Shown here one piece after another: positions 19,304 through 29,855 of a stretch of DNA of 64,000 nt. The notes under the pieces are model-generated. The model was not told the DNA's origin and did no database searches. It saw only the letters and a list, made by a program, of their open reading frames with translations. The first letter of the stretch is position 1, and every line of letters starts with the position of its first letter. A program made the translations under genes and the position numbers. Source of the DNA: Verrucomicrobiota bacterium (GTDB taxonomy: Bacteria; Verrucomicrobiota; Verrucomicrobiia; JABWAM01); NCBI GenBank assembly GCA_013288215.1, contig JABDCI010000003.1, forward strand, positions 4,713 through 68,712, written 5' to 3'.

Positions 19304-19614
19304 CGCCATCATGGCAGCGCTCCCAGAGTTTATCTTTTCTAGGTAAAAGGCGCCGCTCTGCGGGTACATCATATGGAAGAGGAAACTCTTCGGACAACCG
19401 TGCCAGACTTCAGCGGGTTTGGACTTGGTTCTTTTTGAAAATGCCGTAATATTTTCCGGTAGATTTGCGAATGAAAAGATTTTCACCGACACGCTTGAAA
19501 GCCGACACACTCCAAAACGCTATTCATTCGGCAAGGTTTCAAAAAGATGCTCAAATCCGGTGATCAGCCGAGCTTTCTGCAGTTTCCAAAAATAGCCTAT
19601 TTTTATAGGCAAAC

Positions 19615-19688
19615 GCGCCCGTAGCTCAGCTGGACAGAGCAACGGATTTCTAATCCGTCGGTCGGGTGTTCGAGTCACCCCGGGCGCG
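19615..19688 (+). tRNA. tRNA-Arg (anticodon UCU)
   Basis: Manual cloverleaf: acceptor GCGCCCG/CGGGCGC, D stem GCTC/GAGC, anticodon stem ACGGA/TCCGT with loop TT-TCT-AA, T arm GGGTG-TTCGAGT-CACCC. CCA is not encoded. Confidence 0.9.
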
Positions 19689-19699
19689 CCCATTCAAGT

Positions 19700-20734
19700 T
19701 CAGACAAGAGTCACTTTGGATTTTCCACGGACCACGCAACCGATGTCGAAAACCGAAATTCTGCTTTGTCGGGCCGCTTTCTGAATCGCTGGAACAGCTT
19801 TGGCAGGCGACATCAACACCATGCCAACTCCCATGTTGAAGACGCGATACATCTCCTCTTCGGAAATTTTTCCTGCTTTTTGAATGAAATCGAAAATTGC
19901 GGGGATTTTCCATGAGCCGCGTCGCACTTCCACGCCGAGGCCCGGAGCCAGCACGCGCGGAATGTTTTCTTCGAAACCGCCGCCCGTGATATGTGCGGCA
20001 CCGTGCAAATCGATTTTTTTCGAGCGAAGCTGCTTCAGGAAGGGCTCATAGTTGAGGTGAACCTTGAGGAGCAAATCTCCCAGGGATTCGTTTCCCAACT
20101 CGCGGATCTTCGATCGCGCTTTGAGCTTCAACTGATCGAACAAGACTTTGCGCGCAAGAGAATATCCGTTGGTATGCAATCCGCTCGAACCAAGTCCAAG
20201 AACCACATCGCCCGTGCGAATCCGCGATCCATCCATGATCTTCTTCCGGTCCACGACGCCAACGATCGTTCCCACCAAATCGTAATCACCCGGATGATAA
20301 AATCCTGGCATTTGAGCCGTTTCGCCACCCACCAGGGCGACGTTCGCCTCCGCGCAGCCTTTTGCCAACCCGCGTACGATTCCATCGAAAACGTTTCTTT
20401 CGAGCTTTCCGGTGCCAATATAATCTAGAAAGAAAAGCGGCTCGGCGCCCATGACCGCGATATCATTGCAACAATGGTTGATGAGATCCTGTCCGACGGT
20501 ATCGTGACGTCCCATCTCCACCGCAATGCGCAACTTCGTGCCCACCCCATCCATGCTCGAAACGAGGACCGGGTCGCCATATCCCTTGAACGCGGCGCGA
20601 AACAATCCCCCGAATGCTCCGATCTTTCCAAGGACCTCGGGACGGCTCGCTTTGCGAAGCAGGGCCGGAAGGTTGGCTTTGACGCTATGGGCAAGCTTGA
20701 GGTTGACGCCTGATTTCGAATATGCCGATGCCAT
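19700..20734 (-). CDS. purM: Phosphoribosylformylglycinamidine cyclo-ligase (AIR synthetase)
   Basis: 344 aa with DGVGTKLRIA, the AIRS N/C domain pattern, and GLHTNGYSL. Confidence 0.92.
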   Translation of the reverse strand: MASAYSKSGVNLKLAHSVKANLPALLRKASRPEVLGKIGAFGGLFRAAFKGYGDPVLVSSMDGVGTKLRIAVEMGRHDTVGQDLINHCCNDIAVMGAEPLFFLDYIGTGKLERNVFDGIVRGLAKGCAEANVALVGGETAQMPGFYHPGDYDLVGTIVGVVDRKKIMDGSRIRTGDVVLGLGSSGLHTNGYSLARKVLFDQLKLKARSKIRELGNESLGDLLLKVHLNYEPFLKQLRSKKIDLHGAAHITGGGFEENIPRVLAPGLGVEVRRGSWKIPAIFDFIQKAGKISEEEMYRVFNMGVGMVLMSPAKAVPAIQKAARQSRISVFDIGCVVRGKSKVTLV

Positions 20735-20791
20735 GGAGACCAGCGATCAAAGACCAAAGATCCGCAATCAGCAATTCAAAATCGAGGGCGA

Positions 20792-22309
20792 TCAGAGCAG
20801 TTTTTGCTGCAGATCTTCGACCACGTCTTCCGAGAGCGAGTGGCGCTGCGTGCGGCGTTTTTCCATGATGAACTTGTCGAGATCGTCCTGGAAAGACACA
20901 GGATAGTCGCCGGTATAGCACGCCGTGCAAAATTTGGAGGCGGGATGGCGCGTCGCCTTCACGAGGCCATCGAGGCTCAAGTAACCGATCGAATCCGCGC
21001 CGAGGTAACTCTTGATGTCTTCCATCGAATGGGTGTTCGCGATCAGCTCCTTGCTCGTGGGAAAATCAATGCCGTAATGGCATGGAAAGCGGTGCGGAGG
21101 GCATGTCACGCGGATGTGCACTTCCTTTGCCCCCGCCTCCCGAAGATTGATGACGCGCGTCCGAGCCGTCGTGCCGCGCACAATGGAATCGTCGACGACG
21201 ATCACGCGTTTGCCCTTGACCGCTTTTTCAATGAGATTCAATTTCACGCGCACGTTAAAATCGCGGATCAATTGGGTTGGCTGCAAAAAGGTGCGCCCAA
21301 TGTAGTGATTTCGCACAAATGCGAATTCGATCGGGATCTTTGCCTCTTCGGAATAGCCGAGCGCACCATAATTTCCCGAGTCTGGAACGGGCACCACCAC
21401 ATCCGCCTGAACAGGATGCTCGCGTGCAAGCTGGCGCCCCAACTCCATGCGCACATGCGCCACTGTCCGCTCCTCAAGGCAACTGTCCGGACGCGCAAAA
21501 TAAACATATTCGAAAATGCAGAGAGAGGAACGGCCCGGCGTGTCCATTTTCACGGAACGCATTCCATCTTTATTCATAATCACGATTTCACCTGGCTCAA
21601 CGTCACGCACAAATTCGGCGTGAATCAGATCGAATGCGCACGTTTCCGAGCTCAGGACCCAGGCGCCATCCAGCTTTCCGATGCTCAAAGGCCGGAATCC
21701 GTGGGGATCGCGCACGCCGATCAGTTCATTCTCGCCCATAATCGCGAGGGAATAGGCGCCGCGAATCCGTCCCAGCGCATGCAGAAGATTGTTTTCATGA
21801 TCACCATGCTTGGGCTGGGCCATGAGGTGAAGAATGATTTCGCTGTCAACGGTCGTCTGAAAAATGGATCCATAGGCCTCGAGTTCGTCGCGAAGGATGT
21901 TCGCATTGACGAGATTGCCGTTGTGCGCGATGGCAATCTGCCCGCGCGAGCAATCCACGAGAAGCGGCTGCGCGTTTTTCACAGAGCTCGAACCTGTCGT
22001 GGAGTAGCGGACATGCCCGATCGCACGGTCACCCTTGAGCGCCTTCAAAGTCGAATCGTGAAAGACCTGGGAGACAAGCCCCATGCCTGTGTGACGCTTA
22101 AAAACCTGTCCGTCACCCTCCGCGGCGACGATGCCGGAGCTCTCCTGACCGCGATGTTGAAGTGCGTAAAGTCCGTAATAAGTCAGAACCGCGGCATCGG
22201 GATGTCCATAAACGCCAAAAACGCCGCAATAATGTTTGGGTCGCTCGTGAGTCGATTGAAAAGAATCAGGCAAAGAGGGCATCGGAGAAGAAGACATCAT
22301 AACGCGCAT
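20792..22309 (-). CDS. purF: Amidophosphoribosyltransferase
   Basis: 505 aa. Has a propeptide then catalytic CGVFGVYGH, the PRTase motif VIVVDDSIVRGTT, and C-terminal Cys residues for the 4Fe-4S cluster. Confidence 0.92.
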   Translation of the reverse strand: MRVMMSSSPMPSLPDSFQSTHERPKHYCGVFGVYGHPDAAVLTYYGLYALQHRGQESSGIVAAEGDGQVFKRHTGMGLVSQVFHDSTLKALKGDRAIGHVRYSTTGSSSVKNAQPLLVDCSRGQIAIAHNGNLVNANILRDELEAYGSIFQTTVDSEIILHLMAQPKHGDHENNLLHALGRIRGAYSLAIMGENELIGVRDPHGFRPLSIGKLDGAWVLSSETCAFDLIHAEFVRDVEPGEIVIMNKDGMRSVKMDTPGRSSLCIFEYVYFARPDSCLEERTVAHVRMELGRQLAREHPVQADVVVPVPDSGNYGALGYSEEAKIPIEFAFVRNHYIGRTFLQPTQLIRDFNVRVKLNLIEKAVKGKRVIVVDDSIVRGTTARTRVINLREAGAKEVHIRVTCPPHRFPCHYGIDFPTSKELIANTHSMEDIKSYLGADSIGYLSLDGLVKATRHPASKFCTACYTGDYPVSFQDDLDKFIMEKRRTQRHSLSEDVVEDLQQKLL

Positions 22310-22335
22310 TCCCCATGGAGACCAATAAAAATTCG

Positions 22336-23091
22336 TTATTTCATCTGCTTCAGCCGCTCAGCTCGCCGCTCGTCGTAAGAGCCAAGGATATGAAGTCTGT
22401 AGAAAATCGAAAGAGTATCAATCGCGGTCGTTTTCATGGTGCTGATCGGGATATAGGGGAACTTCTGGTGATATTCAATAATCACGGGCGAATCAACGAT
22501 CCGATAACCGAAATAATGAGCCAGAACGAGCAATTCCAGGTCATACGCAAACGCCCGAACGAACATAAGTGGCAGGCAGACCTCCAATACTTCACGGCGA
22601 TAGAGTTTGATGCCCGTCTGGGTGTCGCGTACCGGCAGACCGAATAGGATTCGCGTGATTGTATAATAGATGAAACTGACCAAACGACGATACGGACCGT
22701 AATCGAGCCTCGATCGGGGATCTGTTTTACAGCCGATCACGACGTCAGCCTCCTCCTCTTCCATCATTTTCAGAAAACCGGGCATCTGCTCCGGCGGAAG
22801 ATCCATGTCGGCATCGAGAAAGAAGACAAGTTCTCCGCGTGTATGAACAAAACCCTTTCTCAATGCATGGCCTTTTCCGCAATTTTTGGCGAGCTTGACG
22901 ATCGTGATGCGGTCCACTTCCCTGGCAATCTGATCGAGGACTTCCCCGGTCTTGTCCGTGCTCCCGTCGTCCACGACCACAATCTGAAAATCGCGCGTCA
23001 TACGCTGCAGTTGCTGATGGGTACGGATCACGGAGGCTCGAATCTCCGTCGATTCGTTGTATGCGGGCATGATGACACTGATCTTCGTCAT
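22336..23091 (-). CDS. Family-2 glycosyltransferase (polyprenol-phosphate sugar transferase-like)
   Basis: ISVIMPAYNES, VVVDDGSTDKT and FLDADMD (DxD). The ORF is open to 23121. Confidence 0.8.
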   Translation of the reverse strand: MTKISVIMPAYNESTEIRASVIRTHQQLQRMTRDFQIVVVDDGSTDKTGEVLDQIAREVDRITIVKLAKNCGKGHALRKGFVHTRGELVFFLDADMDLPPEQMPGFLKMMEEEEADVVIGCKTDPRSRLDYGPYRRLVSFIYYTITRILFGLPVRDTQTGIKLYRREVLEVCLPLMFVRAFAYDLELLVLAHYFGYRIVDSPVIIEYHQKFPYIPISTMKTTAIDTLSIFYRLHILGSYDERRAERLKQMK

Positions 23092-23128
23092 GAAAGGAAA
23101 AGCACGTGTTCTTTCAAACACTCAAGCC

Positions 23129-24241
23129 TCATGGCGTTGCAAGTCGAATCACCTCGGATTCCACATCTTCCACACGAAGATCGCGAACACAGGCGTAATC
23201 CAGCCGGGCAGGACACGCCAACGGCCGGCTTGAGTAGTAAAAACAGGGGCTGCAGGGAAGATCTTGGCGCACGATGGCGGAGCGATTCTTCCACGGATGA
23301 ACCCATGCGGGATTCGTCGGGCCGAAGAGAACCACCGTGGGAACCTTGCATGCCGCGGCGACGTGCATCAATCCCGAATCGTTGCTGAGAAAGATGCGGC
23401 ATTTGCGGATCAATGCGCCCACCAAACTCATCGGAAGCAACTTCGCCGAAATGGTTCCAGGCACAAGGGCGCGAATTTTGTCCGCGAACACGCCATCCTG
23501 CGGCCCCTCAAAAAGCACAAAACGAAACGAAGGATCCTTCCTCCGGAGGTTTTCAATCAACCGCGCGAAATGTTCCGGCGGCCAGCACCGCCGATGCTGG
23601 TTTTTTAATGAATTGCAACCCGGATGGATCCCAACCAAATTCGCCTCGGAATCCACATGCTGCTGCGCGAGAAACGTCTCGGCAGCAGCCATCGCCTGAG
23701 GCGGCACTTCGAAACGAAGCTCGTCCGGCAACTCGCTGCGAACCGTCCCCGTAAGCAGGGAGGCCCAGCGCAGATTTTCGTCGACGACATGCATCGCGAG
23801 ATCCTCGTCAAACAGGCGGTGATTCAAAAAGGGCAGGTTCACGATTCGCTGCCTGCGATAACGAAATCCAACGCGCAGCCGAGCGCCGACAAGAAAGCTC
23901 ACCGCGTTGTATTCAAGGCGATTCATCGCGTAGGGAAGAATACTGACATCGAATCGCTCGCTCCTGAGTTTGAGAAATTCACGCAATATCTTCATTTTTG
24001 ACCAGCGAAAAACATCAATAAATCGCACGTCGGAGGTGAAACCCTGATCCTCGAGATATTCCTTCACGCTGGGAAACATGGTGAGCAGGGTCAGCTGAAA
24101 CGAGGATGACCGTCGGCTCAACGCGTCCAGGGCGGGCGATGCGAGAAGCACATCCCCAAGGCCTGAGAGACAAAAAATCAGAATCCTCTGTCGAGGCGTT
24201 GCAAGCTCGGATTGGACAGAATGTTCAGACACAGGAATCAA
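23129..24241 (-). CDS. Family-9 glycosyltransferase (LPS heptosyltransferase-like)
   Basis: ILIFCLSGLGDVLLASPAL at the N-terminus and SNDSGLMHVAAACKVPTVVLFGPTNP near the C-terminus, typical of RfaF/RfaC-type GT9. Confidence 0.8.
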   Translation of the reverse strand: MIPVSEHSVQSELATPRQRILIFCLSGLGDVLLASPALDALSRRSSSFQLTLLTMFPSVKEYLEDQGFTSDVRFIDVFRWSKMKILREFLKLRSERFDVSILPYAMNRLEYNAVSFLVGARLRVGFRYRRQRIVNLPFLNHRLFDEDLAMHVVDENLRWASLLTGTVRSELPDELRFEVPPQAMAAAETFLAQQHVDSEANLVGIHPGCNSLKNQHRRCWPPEHFARLIENLRRKDPSFRFVLFEGPQDGVFADKIRALVPGTISAKLLPMSLVGALIRKCRIFLSNDSGLMHVAAACKVPTVVLFGPTNPAWVHPWKNRSAIVRQDLPCSPCFYYSSRPLACPARLDYACVRDLRVEDVESEVIRLATP

Positions 24242-25395
24242 CGATCCAAAGTGTCGAAAAATTCGCGAAAAATCTTCGCGCCTTTTTCCAGTTCGGCGAT
24301 TTCAATGAATTCGTCTTTCGTGTGCGCCTGCCGGATCGAACCAGGTCCGAAGGCAATCGAGGGAATGCCGCCCTTTGCCATCAGCGAACAGTCCGCGAAC
24401 CAAGGGGCTCCCACCAGAAAGTCGTCACGCTTGACACCCGATGCACCTCCGCAAAGAACGTCTGTCAATCGTTGGATGCACGGATGATCTGCAGGGGTGT
24501 TCAATCCAGGCCTGTCCGAAATCACTTCAACCTCGCATTCCGGCAACGCCTGACGTACACGCGAAACGACTTCGTCATGGGATCCCTGCGGCAGGGAACG
24601 ATGGTCGATCTCGATTTCGCAAAGATCGGGAATGATGTTCACCTTCGAACCGCCGTGGATCATCGTGAGATTAAAGCTCGGCGAGCCAAGCACCGGATCG
24701 TTCTGGCTCGCGTAAGCTTTCGGTAAATCTTGGACCACATAATCCATGGCGCGACGGATCTTCAAAATCGCATTCTCTCCGAGATCAGCGCAGGAAGCGT
24801 GGCACGCTCTGCCTCGCGCACGGATCTTTAGCCAGAGCGCGCCTTTGTGGCGATGCACAATTTGCAAATCCGTCGGCTCTCCCGCGATGCCAAAATCAGG
24901 CTTGATTCCTTTCTTCGGAAAATAATCGGATTGCATCAGGAACTCGATCCCGTCGTTCCCACTCTCCTCGCCCATGAGACCCGCAAACCAAATGTCTGTT
25001 TCCGCCAGCTTTGCTCCCGTTTGAACCAGCCCGCGCAGTGCCGCAAGCATCGCCGCCATCGGTCCCTTCGTGTCACACGCGCCGCGTCCCCAAATACGTC
25101 CGTCACGGGCGTTGCCGGCGAATGGTTCGATGGTCATGCCCACGACGCTGACGGTGTCCAGATGCGGCCCGAGCAAAAGGTGGCGCTTGGAATGGCGTGA
25201 TTTCAGGCGACCAATGATGTTGGGCCGATCCTTCTCGGCAAACTGAATTTCCACTTCCATGCCGAGCTTGACCAAGAAATCGCCCACGAACTGCGCCATA
25301 GCCCCTTCTCCCGTGTGGTCCGTGCCAGGATCGCCCTGCGGATTGACGCTGGGGATTCGGATCAATTCTTGCAGCAGTTCAACGACTTCACTCAT
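24238..25395 (-). CDS. M20-family metallohydrolase (ArgE/DapE-type deacylase)
   Basis: LLQELIRIPSVNPQ, LLLGPHLDTV, GRGACDTKG and MGEESGNDG follow the M20 pattern. Its stop overlaps the GT9 start by 4 nt. The ORF is open to 25446. Confidence 0.75.
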   Translation of the reverse strand: MSEVVELLQELIRIPSVNPQGDPGTDHTGEGAMAQFVGDFLVKLGMEVEIQFAEKDRPNIIGRLKSRHSKRHLLLGPHLDTVSVVGMTIEPFAGNARDGRIWGRGACDTKGPMAAMLAALRGLVQTGAKLAETDIWFAGLMGEESGNDGIEFLMQSDYFPKKGIKPDFGIAGEPTDLQIVHRHKGALWLKIRARGRACHASCADLGENAILKIRRAMDYVVQDLPKAYASQNDPVLGSPSFNLTMIHGGSKVNIIPDLCEIEIDHRSLPQGSHDEVVSRVRQALPECEVEVISDRPGLNTPADHPCIQRLTDVLCGGASGVKRDDFLVGAPWFADCSLMAKGGIPSIAFGPGSIRQAHTKDEFIEIAELEKGAKIFREFFDTLDR

Positions 25396-25452
25396 ATTCT
25401 CGTTTCGAAATGTGCCCCGCCATTCTCGCTTGTGAATAAGAGGCAAGGCCGC

Positions 25453-26409
25453 TTAGGGTTTCGCCCGTGTCCTCTGATACCAGTCCGCGAACTTGCGAAT
25501 ACCCAATTGGATCTTCGTTTCCGGACGATAGCCCAGCACGTCGCGAGCTTTCTCGATGTCGGCGTAAGTCTTGGGGACATCTCCCGGCTGCTCGGGCATG
25601 TTTTGAATCTTCGCCTTTTTTTTAAACGTCATTTCGAGGATCGCGATCATGTCCCGCAACGCCGTTGTCTCGGATTCGCCGAGATTGAAAAGGTCGTAAC
25701 CGAACTCGCGGTCGACGGTCGCGACAACCCCCTGCACAATATCGTCGATATAGGTGTAATCGCGCTCTGAGGAGCCGTTGCCAAACATGCAAATGGGCTT
25801 TTCCGCGAGGATGTTCTCCGTAAAATGATAGACGGCCATGTCGGGACGTCCTCGCGGTCCGTAGACGCTAAAAAAACGGAGGACCGCGATATCCATCTTG
25901 TAGAGGTTGCTATAGACACGGCAGAGAGCTTCGCCCGCCAGCTTGGTCGCGGCATAAGGAGAAACAGGGTTCAGGATCGCATCGCTCTCGGAAAAAGGAA
26001 CCTTCGTGTTGATCCCATATACGGAGGAAGTGGAACCGAACGTGATTTTTCGAACACCCGCTTCCCGGGCAGCATCCAGAAGGTTCAGGGTGCCCTCCAC
26101 ATTGACGCGCTGGTAAAGAAAAGGGTCCTGAACCGAAGGACGCACGCCAGCTCGCGCGGCAAGATGGATGATCATGTCGGGTTTCGTATCGCCCACGGCC
26201 GATTGCACGAGCGCCCGGTTGGAAACATCGCCTTGGATCAGACAAAAACGGGAATGGGCGGAAGCGGATTCGAGATTCTGTCGCTTAAACTTCGGATTAT
26301 AGTAGTCGTTGAAATCATCCAGGACTGTCACGGCATGCCCCATCCTCAGGAGTCGATCCACCACACTTGAGCCGATAAATCCAGCCCCACCTGTCACAAA
26401 AATCTGCAT
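25453..26409 (-). CDS. NAD-dependent sugar-nucleotide epimerase (UDP-glucuronate 4-epimerase-like SDR)
   Basis: MQIFVTGGAGFIGS Rossmann motif, the YAATK catalytic motif, and FSVYGPRGRPDMAVYHF typical of the UDP-glucuronate epimerase subgroup. Confidence 0.8.
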   Translation of the reverse strand: MQIFVTGGAGFIGSSVVDRLLRMGHAVTVLDDFNDYYNPKFKRQNLESASAHSRFCLIQGDVSNRALVQSAVGDTKPDMIIHLAARAGVRPSVQDPFLYQRVNVEGTLNLLDAAREAGVRKITFGSTSSVYGINTKVPFSESDAILNPVSPYAATKLAGEALCRVYSNLYKMDIAVLRFFSVYGPRGRPDMAVYHFTENILAEKPICMFGNGSSERDYTYIDDIVQGVVATVDREFGYDLFNLGESETTALRDMIAILEMTFKKKAKIQNMPEQPGDVPKTYADIEKARDVLGYRPETKIQLGIRKFADWYQRTRAKP

Positions 26410-26658
26410 GAGCGCTTTCTTTTGGAGAAACCCTCTTCCTAGCCGGTGGCGAAACGACAGACAACACTTAATCGGACGAAGAAAAGAGATTTGAAATATC
26501 CAAGATTGTCCACGCTTTTTTTAACCGCTCCCCCTTATCCTATTCCATCTCGTTCCAGTTTTCACATTCTATCTCCTATCTTCCTCGGCATAAAATAGAT
26601 ACAAAACATCGCATTGCAGTTGACGGACCCTTCGCTGCTGTTATGCTTTTTTCGAAAC

Positions 26659-27360
26659 ATGATGGAATTCCTTCTTTTTTCTCCCCTTTCCTGCCTGAAC
26701 ACGGTCGCCACGGGCGGCATCTTTTACGCTTTCAGCGTTTCCACACTTGCAGGACGCGTTGTCATTTTCATTCTTTTTCTCACCTCGATCATCAGCTGGT
26801 CGGTGATGTTCACCAAGTTCGCGCAAGTCCGCACGGCGGAACGCACTGGAACGGATTTCTTGCACGCGCTGCGCGGAGAATCGCAGTTCGCAGAAATTTT
26901 CCGCAAAGGACTCACATGGCACAATTGTCCCCTCTATGAGCTTTACTTGGCCGGTTGCCGAGGAATCCAGGGGAGCACCGGCGCTTCCGATAGTTCCAAG
27001 GTGGAATTGCTCCAGGGAGCGCTTGAGCGCGCCGTCGCGGAACAAGTGGTGCGTCTTGAAAGCCAAATTTCCATTCTCGGAACCGTCGTCGGCGCGGCGC
27101 CGTTCATGGGGTTATTGGGAACTGTCTGGGGTGTCATGGATGCCTTCACCGGCATCGCGCTTGCCGGCAGCGCCAACATCGGGGCGCTGGCACCCGGCAT
27201 CGCCGCCGCCTTGATCACCACCGTCGTTGGGCTCGTCGTCGCCCTGCCCTCCATGGTCGGCTACAACATCCTCGTCGCCAATATCCGGCGATTGACGATG
27301 GAGATGGAAAATTTCGCCAGCGAGTTTCTCAGCATCGCCCGAAAGGAATTGAATGCATGA
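26659..27360 (+). CDS. tolQ: MotA/TolQ/ExbB-family proton channel (TolQ by context)
   Basis: Three TM segments and the APFMGLLGTVWGVMDAF motif. The ORF is open from a TTG at 26614; the ATG is at 26659. Confidence 0.85.
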   Translation: MMEFLLFSPLSCLNTVATGGIFYAFSVSTLAGRVVIFILFLTSIISWSVMFTKFAQVRTAERTGTDFLHALRGESQFAEIFRKGLTWHNCPLYELYLAGCRGIQGSTGASDSSKVELLQGALERAVAEQVVRLESQISILGTVVGAAPFMGLLGTVWGVMDAFTGIALAGSANIGALAPGIAAALITTVVGLVVALPSMVGYNILVANIRRLTMEMENFASEFLSIARKELNA

Positions 27361-27767
27361 AGCGGTTCTCTCAACGCGGAATGTACAACCCCGTCGCGGA
27401 GATCAACATCATTCCGCTCATGGACCTTGTCTTCAACCTGCTCATCGTCTTTATGCTGGCAACGCCGCTTCTTGAAAACTCGATCAACATCAAATTGCCC
27501 CAGGCATCCCAGGGCGCGCCCCTCGACAGCAAGAACATCACCACGGTCAATCTTGATTCCGGCGGAAAGATTTACCTCGATAAAAAAGCCGTTTCGCTTG
27601 CCGATCTGGAAGGCCTGATGCGCGCTCAGATCCAGCAGGATCCGCAACATGCCGTGATGGTGCGCGGCGATGAGAAAGTTCCGTACGGCAAATTCGTCGA
27701 AATCGTCGACCACTTGAAACAAGCCGGCGTGACGAAACTCGGCATTATGGGCGTCTCGCCCAAATAG
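27357..27767 (+). CDS. tolR: ExbD/TolR-family protein
   Basis: 136 aa with EINIIPLMDLVFNLLIVFM and a periplasmic ExbD domain. ATGA overlap with tolQ. Confidence 0.85.
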   Translation: MKRFSQRGMYNPVAEINIIPLMDLVFNLLIVFMLATPLLENSINIKLPQASQGAPLDSKNITTVNLDSGGKIYLDKKAVSLADLEGLMRAQIQQDPQHAVMVRGDEKVPYGKFVEIVDHLKQAGVTKLGIMGVSPK

Positions 27768-27777
27768 CCCGGCTCCC

Positions 27778-28665
27778 ATGCTCCCCGGGTTTAAAAAAAA
27801 CCTGTATCTCAGCATCACGCTGCACGTGGTTGGAATCGTCGTTCTGGCGCTGGTGCTCGCCTTTTCACCGAAACCGGACAAGGTCGAGTGGATCGAAATC
27901 TCCAGTCTCCCATTGGACCATCCCGCTCCCGGCCCTTCTGATTCCATCCCGCAGCCCGTTCCGCCCGATACAGGCAGTCCCTCTCCGCCTCTGGACAACC
28001 CCGTGCCGCCCGTTCCCAAGCCAGAACCGCCTCAACCTCCTGAGCCGCCAGCACCTGCGCCGGAACCTCAGCCAAAAGAGCCTGAGCCTCCCCCGCAAGC
28101 TCCGCCCGAGCCAGCACCTGCGCCGGCACCCAAGAAAATCGAAAAAACACCCTCACCCACTTCTCCCATGCCCCCCAAGCATGTGGTGAAGGTGAACACG
28201 ACAAAAATTGTGAAGCGGATCACGCTCCCTGATACGGGTTCTGCCAACGCCAAGCCGGTAAAAAAAGGTACGTCCAGCTCTTTTGATTCCAGCCAGTTCG
28301 CCCAAAATCTTCTCAACAAAATTGGGAGTTCTCGAAACTTTGTTTCAGGCCCCAGCAACGGTTCCTCATCGGCTTCGGGCATCTCCAATGAAGTGGCAGC
28401 TTATTACAATCTCATCTTTCAAAAAATGTATTCATCATGGCAGCCGCCTTTTGGCGCGGATGAAGGAATGGCCACTCCTGTCATCCTTCGCGTTGAAAAA
28501 AATGGAACGATTTCCAAGGTTTCGCTTGCAAGTTCGAGCGGAAACAACGAAATGGATAATTCGGCCCTTGCTGCGGCAAACCGCATCAAAACTTTGCCGC
28601 CACTTCCTTCGGGACTTGGAACAGACCACGCGGATATCACGGTAGATTTTAAGATCCAACACTAA
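27778..28665 (+). CDS. tolA: TolA/TonB-like energy-transducing protein with proline-rich linker
   Basis: N-terminal TM (LSITLHVVGIVVLALVL), a PEPP/PAPAP-rich spacer, and a C-terminal TonB_C/TolA_C-like domain (VILRVEKNGTISKVSLASSSGNNEMDNSALAAA). Confidence 0.7.
   Translation: MLPGFKKNLYLSITLHVVGIVVLALVLAFSPKPDKVEWIEISSLPLDHPAPGPSDSIPQPVPPDTGSPSPPLDNPVPPVPKPEPPQPPEPPAPAPEPQPKEPEPPPQAPPEPAPAPAPKKIEKTPSPTSPMPPKHVVKVNTTKIVKRITLPDTGSANAKPVKKGTSSSFDSSQFAQNLLNKIGSSRNFVSGPSNGSSSASGISNEVAAYYNLIFQKMYSSWQPPFGADEGMATPVILRVEKNGTISKVSLASSSGNNEMDNSALAAANRIKTLPPLPSGLGTDHADITVDFKIQH
28048..28126 (+). repeat. 16-nt exact direct repeat CCAGCACCTGCGCCGG (28048-28063 and 28111-28126) inside the tolA proline-rich linker
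   Basis: Seen directly in the sequence. It encodes PAPAP in both copies. Confidence 0.6.
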
Positions 28666-29826
28666 ATGAAACATTCCTATTTGAAAACTCTCGTTCTCCT
28701 TCTTCTTTCCGCCCTAGCTTCGACCGCCCAGGTCGAAGTCATCAAAAATGAAGGAGCCTCTATCCGGGTCGACCTAAACGGAGCCGCAGGTTCCCAAGCC
28801 GCCAAGATTTTGGAGAATGATCTCGAAAGCAGCGGTTACTTCAAAACCGTTTCGAGCGGCGGCGAATATGTCGTTCAAGGCAGCGCGTCCAGTTCCTCGG
28901 TTCAAGCCAAACTTTTTTCTTCCGATGGATCTGCCATTCTCAGCCCGTCAGCCAGCGGCGATCTGCGCCATGCCGCCCACAAAGTCGCCGATGACATCAT
29001 CTTCAAGCTCACCGGCAAAAAAGGATTTTCAGAAAGCCGCATCTCGTTCATCTCCGACAAGAGCGGTCACAAGGAACTTTACGTCATGGACTATGATGGC
29101 TTTAACGCGCAGAAGTTTACCAAGGACGGTTCCATTGTCGGCTCGCCCAATTTCAGCCGTCAGGGCAGCAAGATCGCGTTCACCTCCTACCGCTCGGGTT
29201 ATCCCGACGTCTATGTGATGAGCTACCCCGGTGGAAGCCGCTCCAAGGTAGCAAGCTTTCCCGGACTTAATTCCGGCGCTGCCTTCTCTCCCGACGGATC
29301 GAAGATCGCGCTGACACTCAGCAAGGATGGCAACCCCGAAATTTACGTGATGTCTGCCGACGGCGGCACCCCGCGACGACTGACCCATTCGCGCGGAGGC
29401 AAGTCCTCGCCGACATGGTCGCCAGACGGCAGCGAAATCGCGTACGCTTCGGATGAAGGCGGACGTCCGCAAATTTATCTCATTTCCAGCTCTGGTGGCA
29501 CGGGCCGTCAGATCACCTTCTCCCCCGCGTATAATACCGAACCCGATTGGTCTCCTGAATCGGGTCTGATCGCGTATAGCTCGCTCTCAGGAAATCAATT
29601 TGCCATCAGCGTGATCGATCCTGAAAAAGGCGGAGGAGGCAGCGTGGTGGACGACGACGGCAGTTGCGAAGATCCTTCATGGGCTCCCAATGGACGCCAT
29701 ATCGTCTTTTCACGCAACACAGGAGGGCATTCGGACCTTTATATTCTTGACACTAAGACCAGGCAGGCCGTTCAGTTGACTCGAGATTTTGGCAATTGCA
29801 CGGAACCGACGTGGTCTGGCCGTTGA
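28666..29826 (+). CDS. tolB: TolB beta-propeller periplasmic protein
   Basis: Signal peptide, N-terminal TolB domain and repeated PD40 motifs (FSPDGSKIALT, WSPDGSEIAYAS, WSPESGLIAYSS). It starts the codon after the tolA stop. Confidence 0.85.
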   Translation: MKHSYLKTLVLLLLSALASTAQVEVIKNEGASIRVDLNGAAGSQAAKILENDLESSGYFKTVSSGGEYVVQGSASSSSVQAKLFSSDGSAILSPSASGDLRHAAHKVADDIIFKLTGKKGFSESRISFISDKSGHKELYVMDYDGFNAQKFTKDGSIVGSPNFSRQGSKIAFTSYRSGYPDVYVMSYPGGSRSKVASFPGLNSGAAFSPDGSKIALTLSKDGNPEIYVMSADGGTPRRLTHSRGGKSSPTWSPDGSEIAYASDEGGRPQIYLISSSGGTGRQITFSPAYNTEPDWSPESGLIAYSSLSGNQFAISVIDPEKGGGGSVVDDDGSCEDPSWAPNGRHIVFSRNTGGHSDLYILDTKTRQAVQLTRDFGNCTEPTWSGR

Positions 29827-29855
29827 ACCTCGATCATTCTCAACCACACACCCTT

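Noticed and set aside
20804-22378. 524-aa ORF on the plus strand.
   Set aside because: It is the mirror image of purF. The minus strand encodes a complete amidophosphoribosyltransferase with catalytic motifs. The plus-strand translation is Arg/His/Ala-rich with no recognisable motif.
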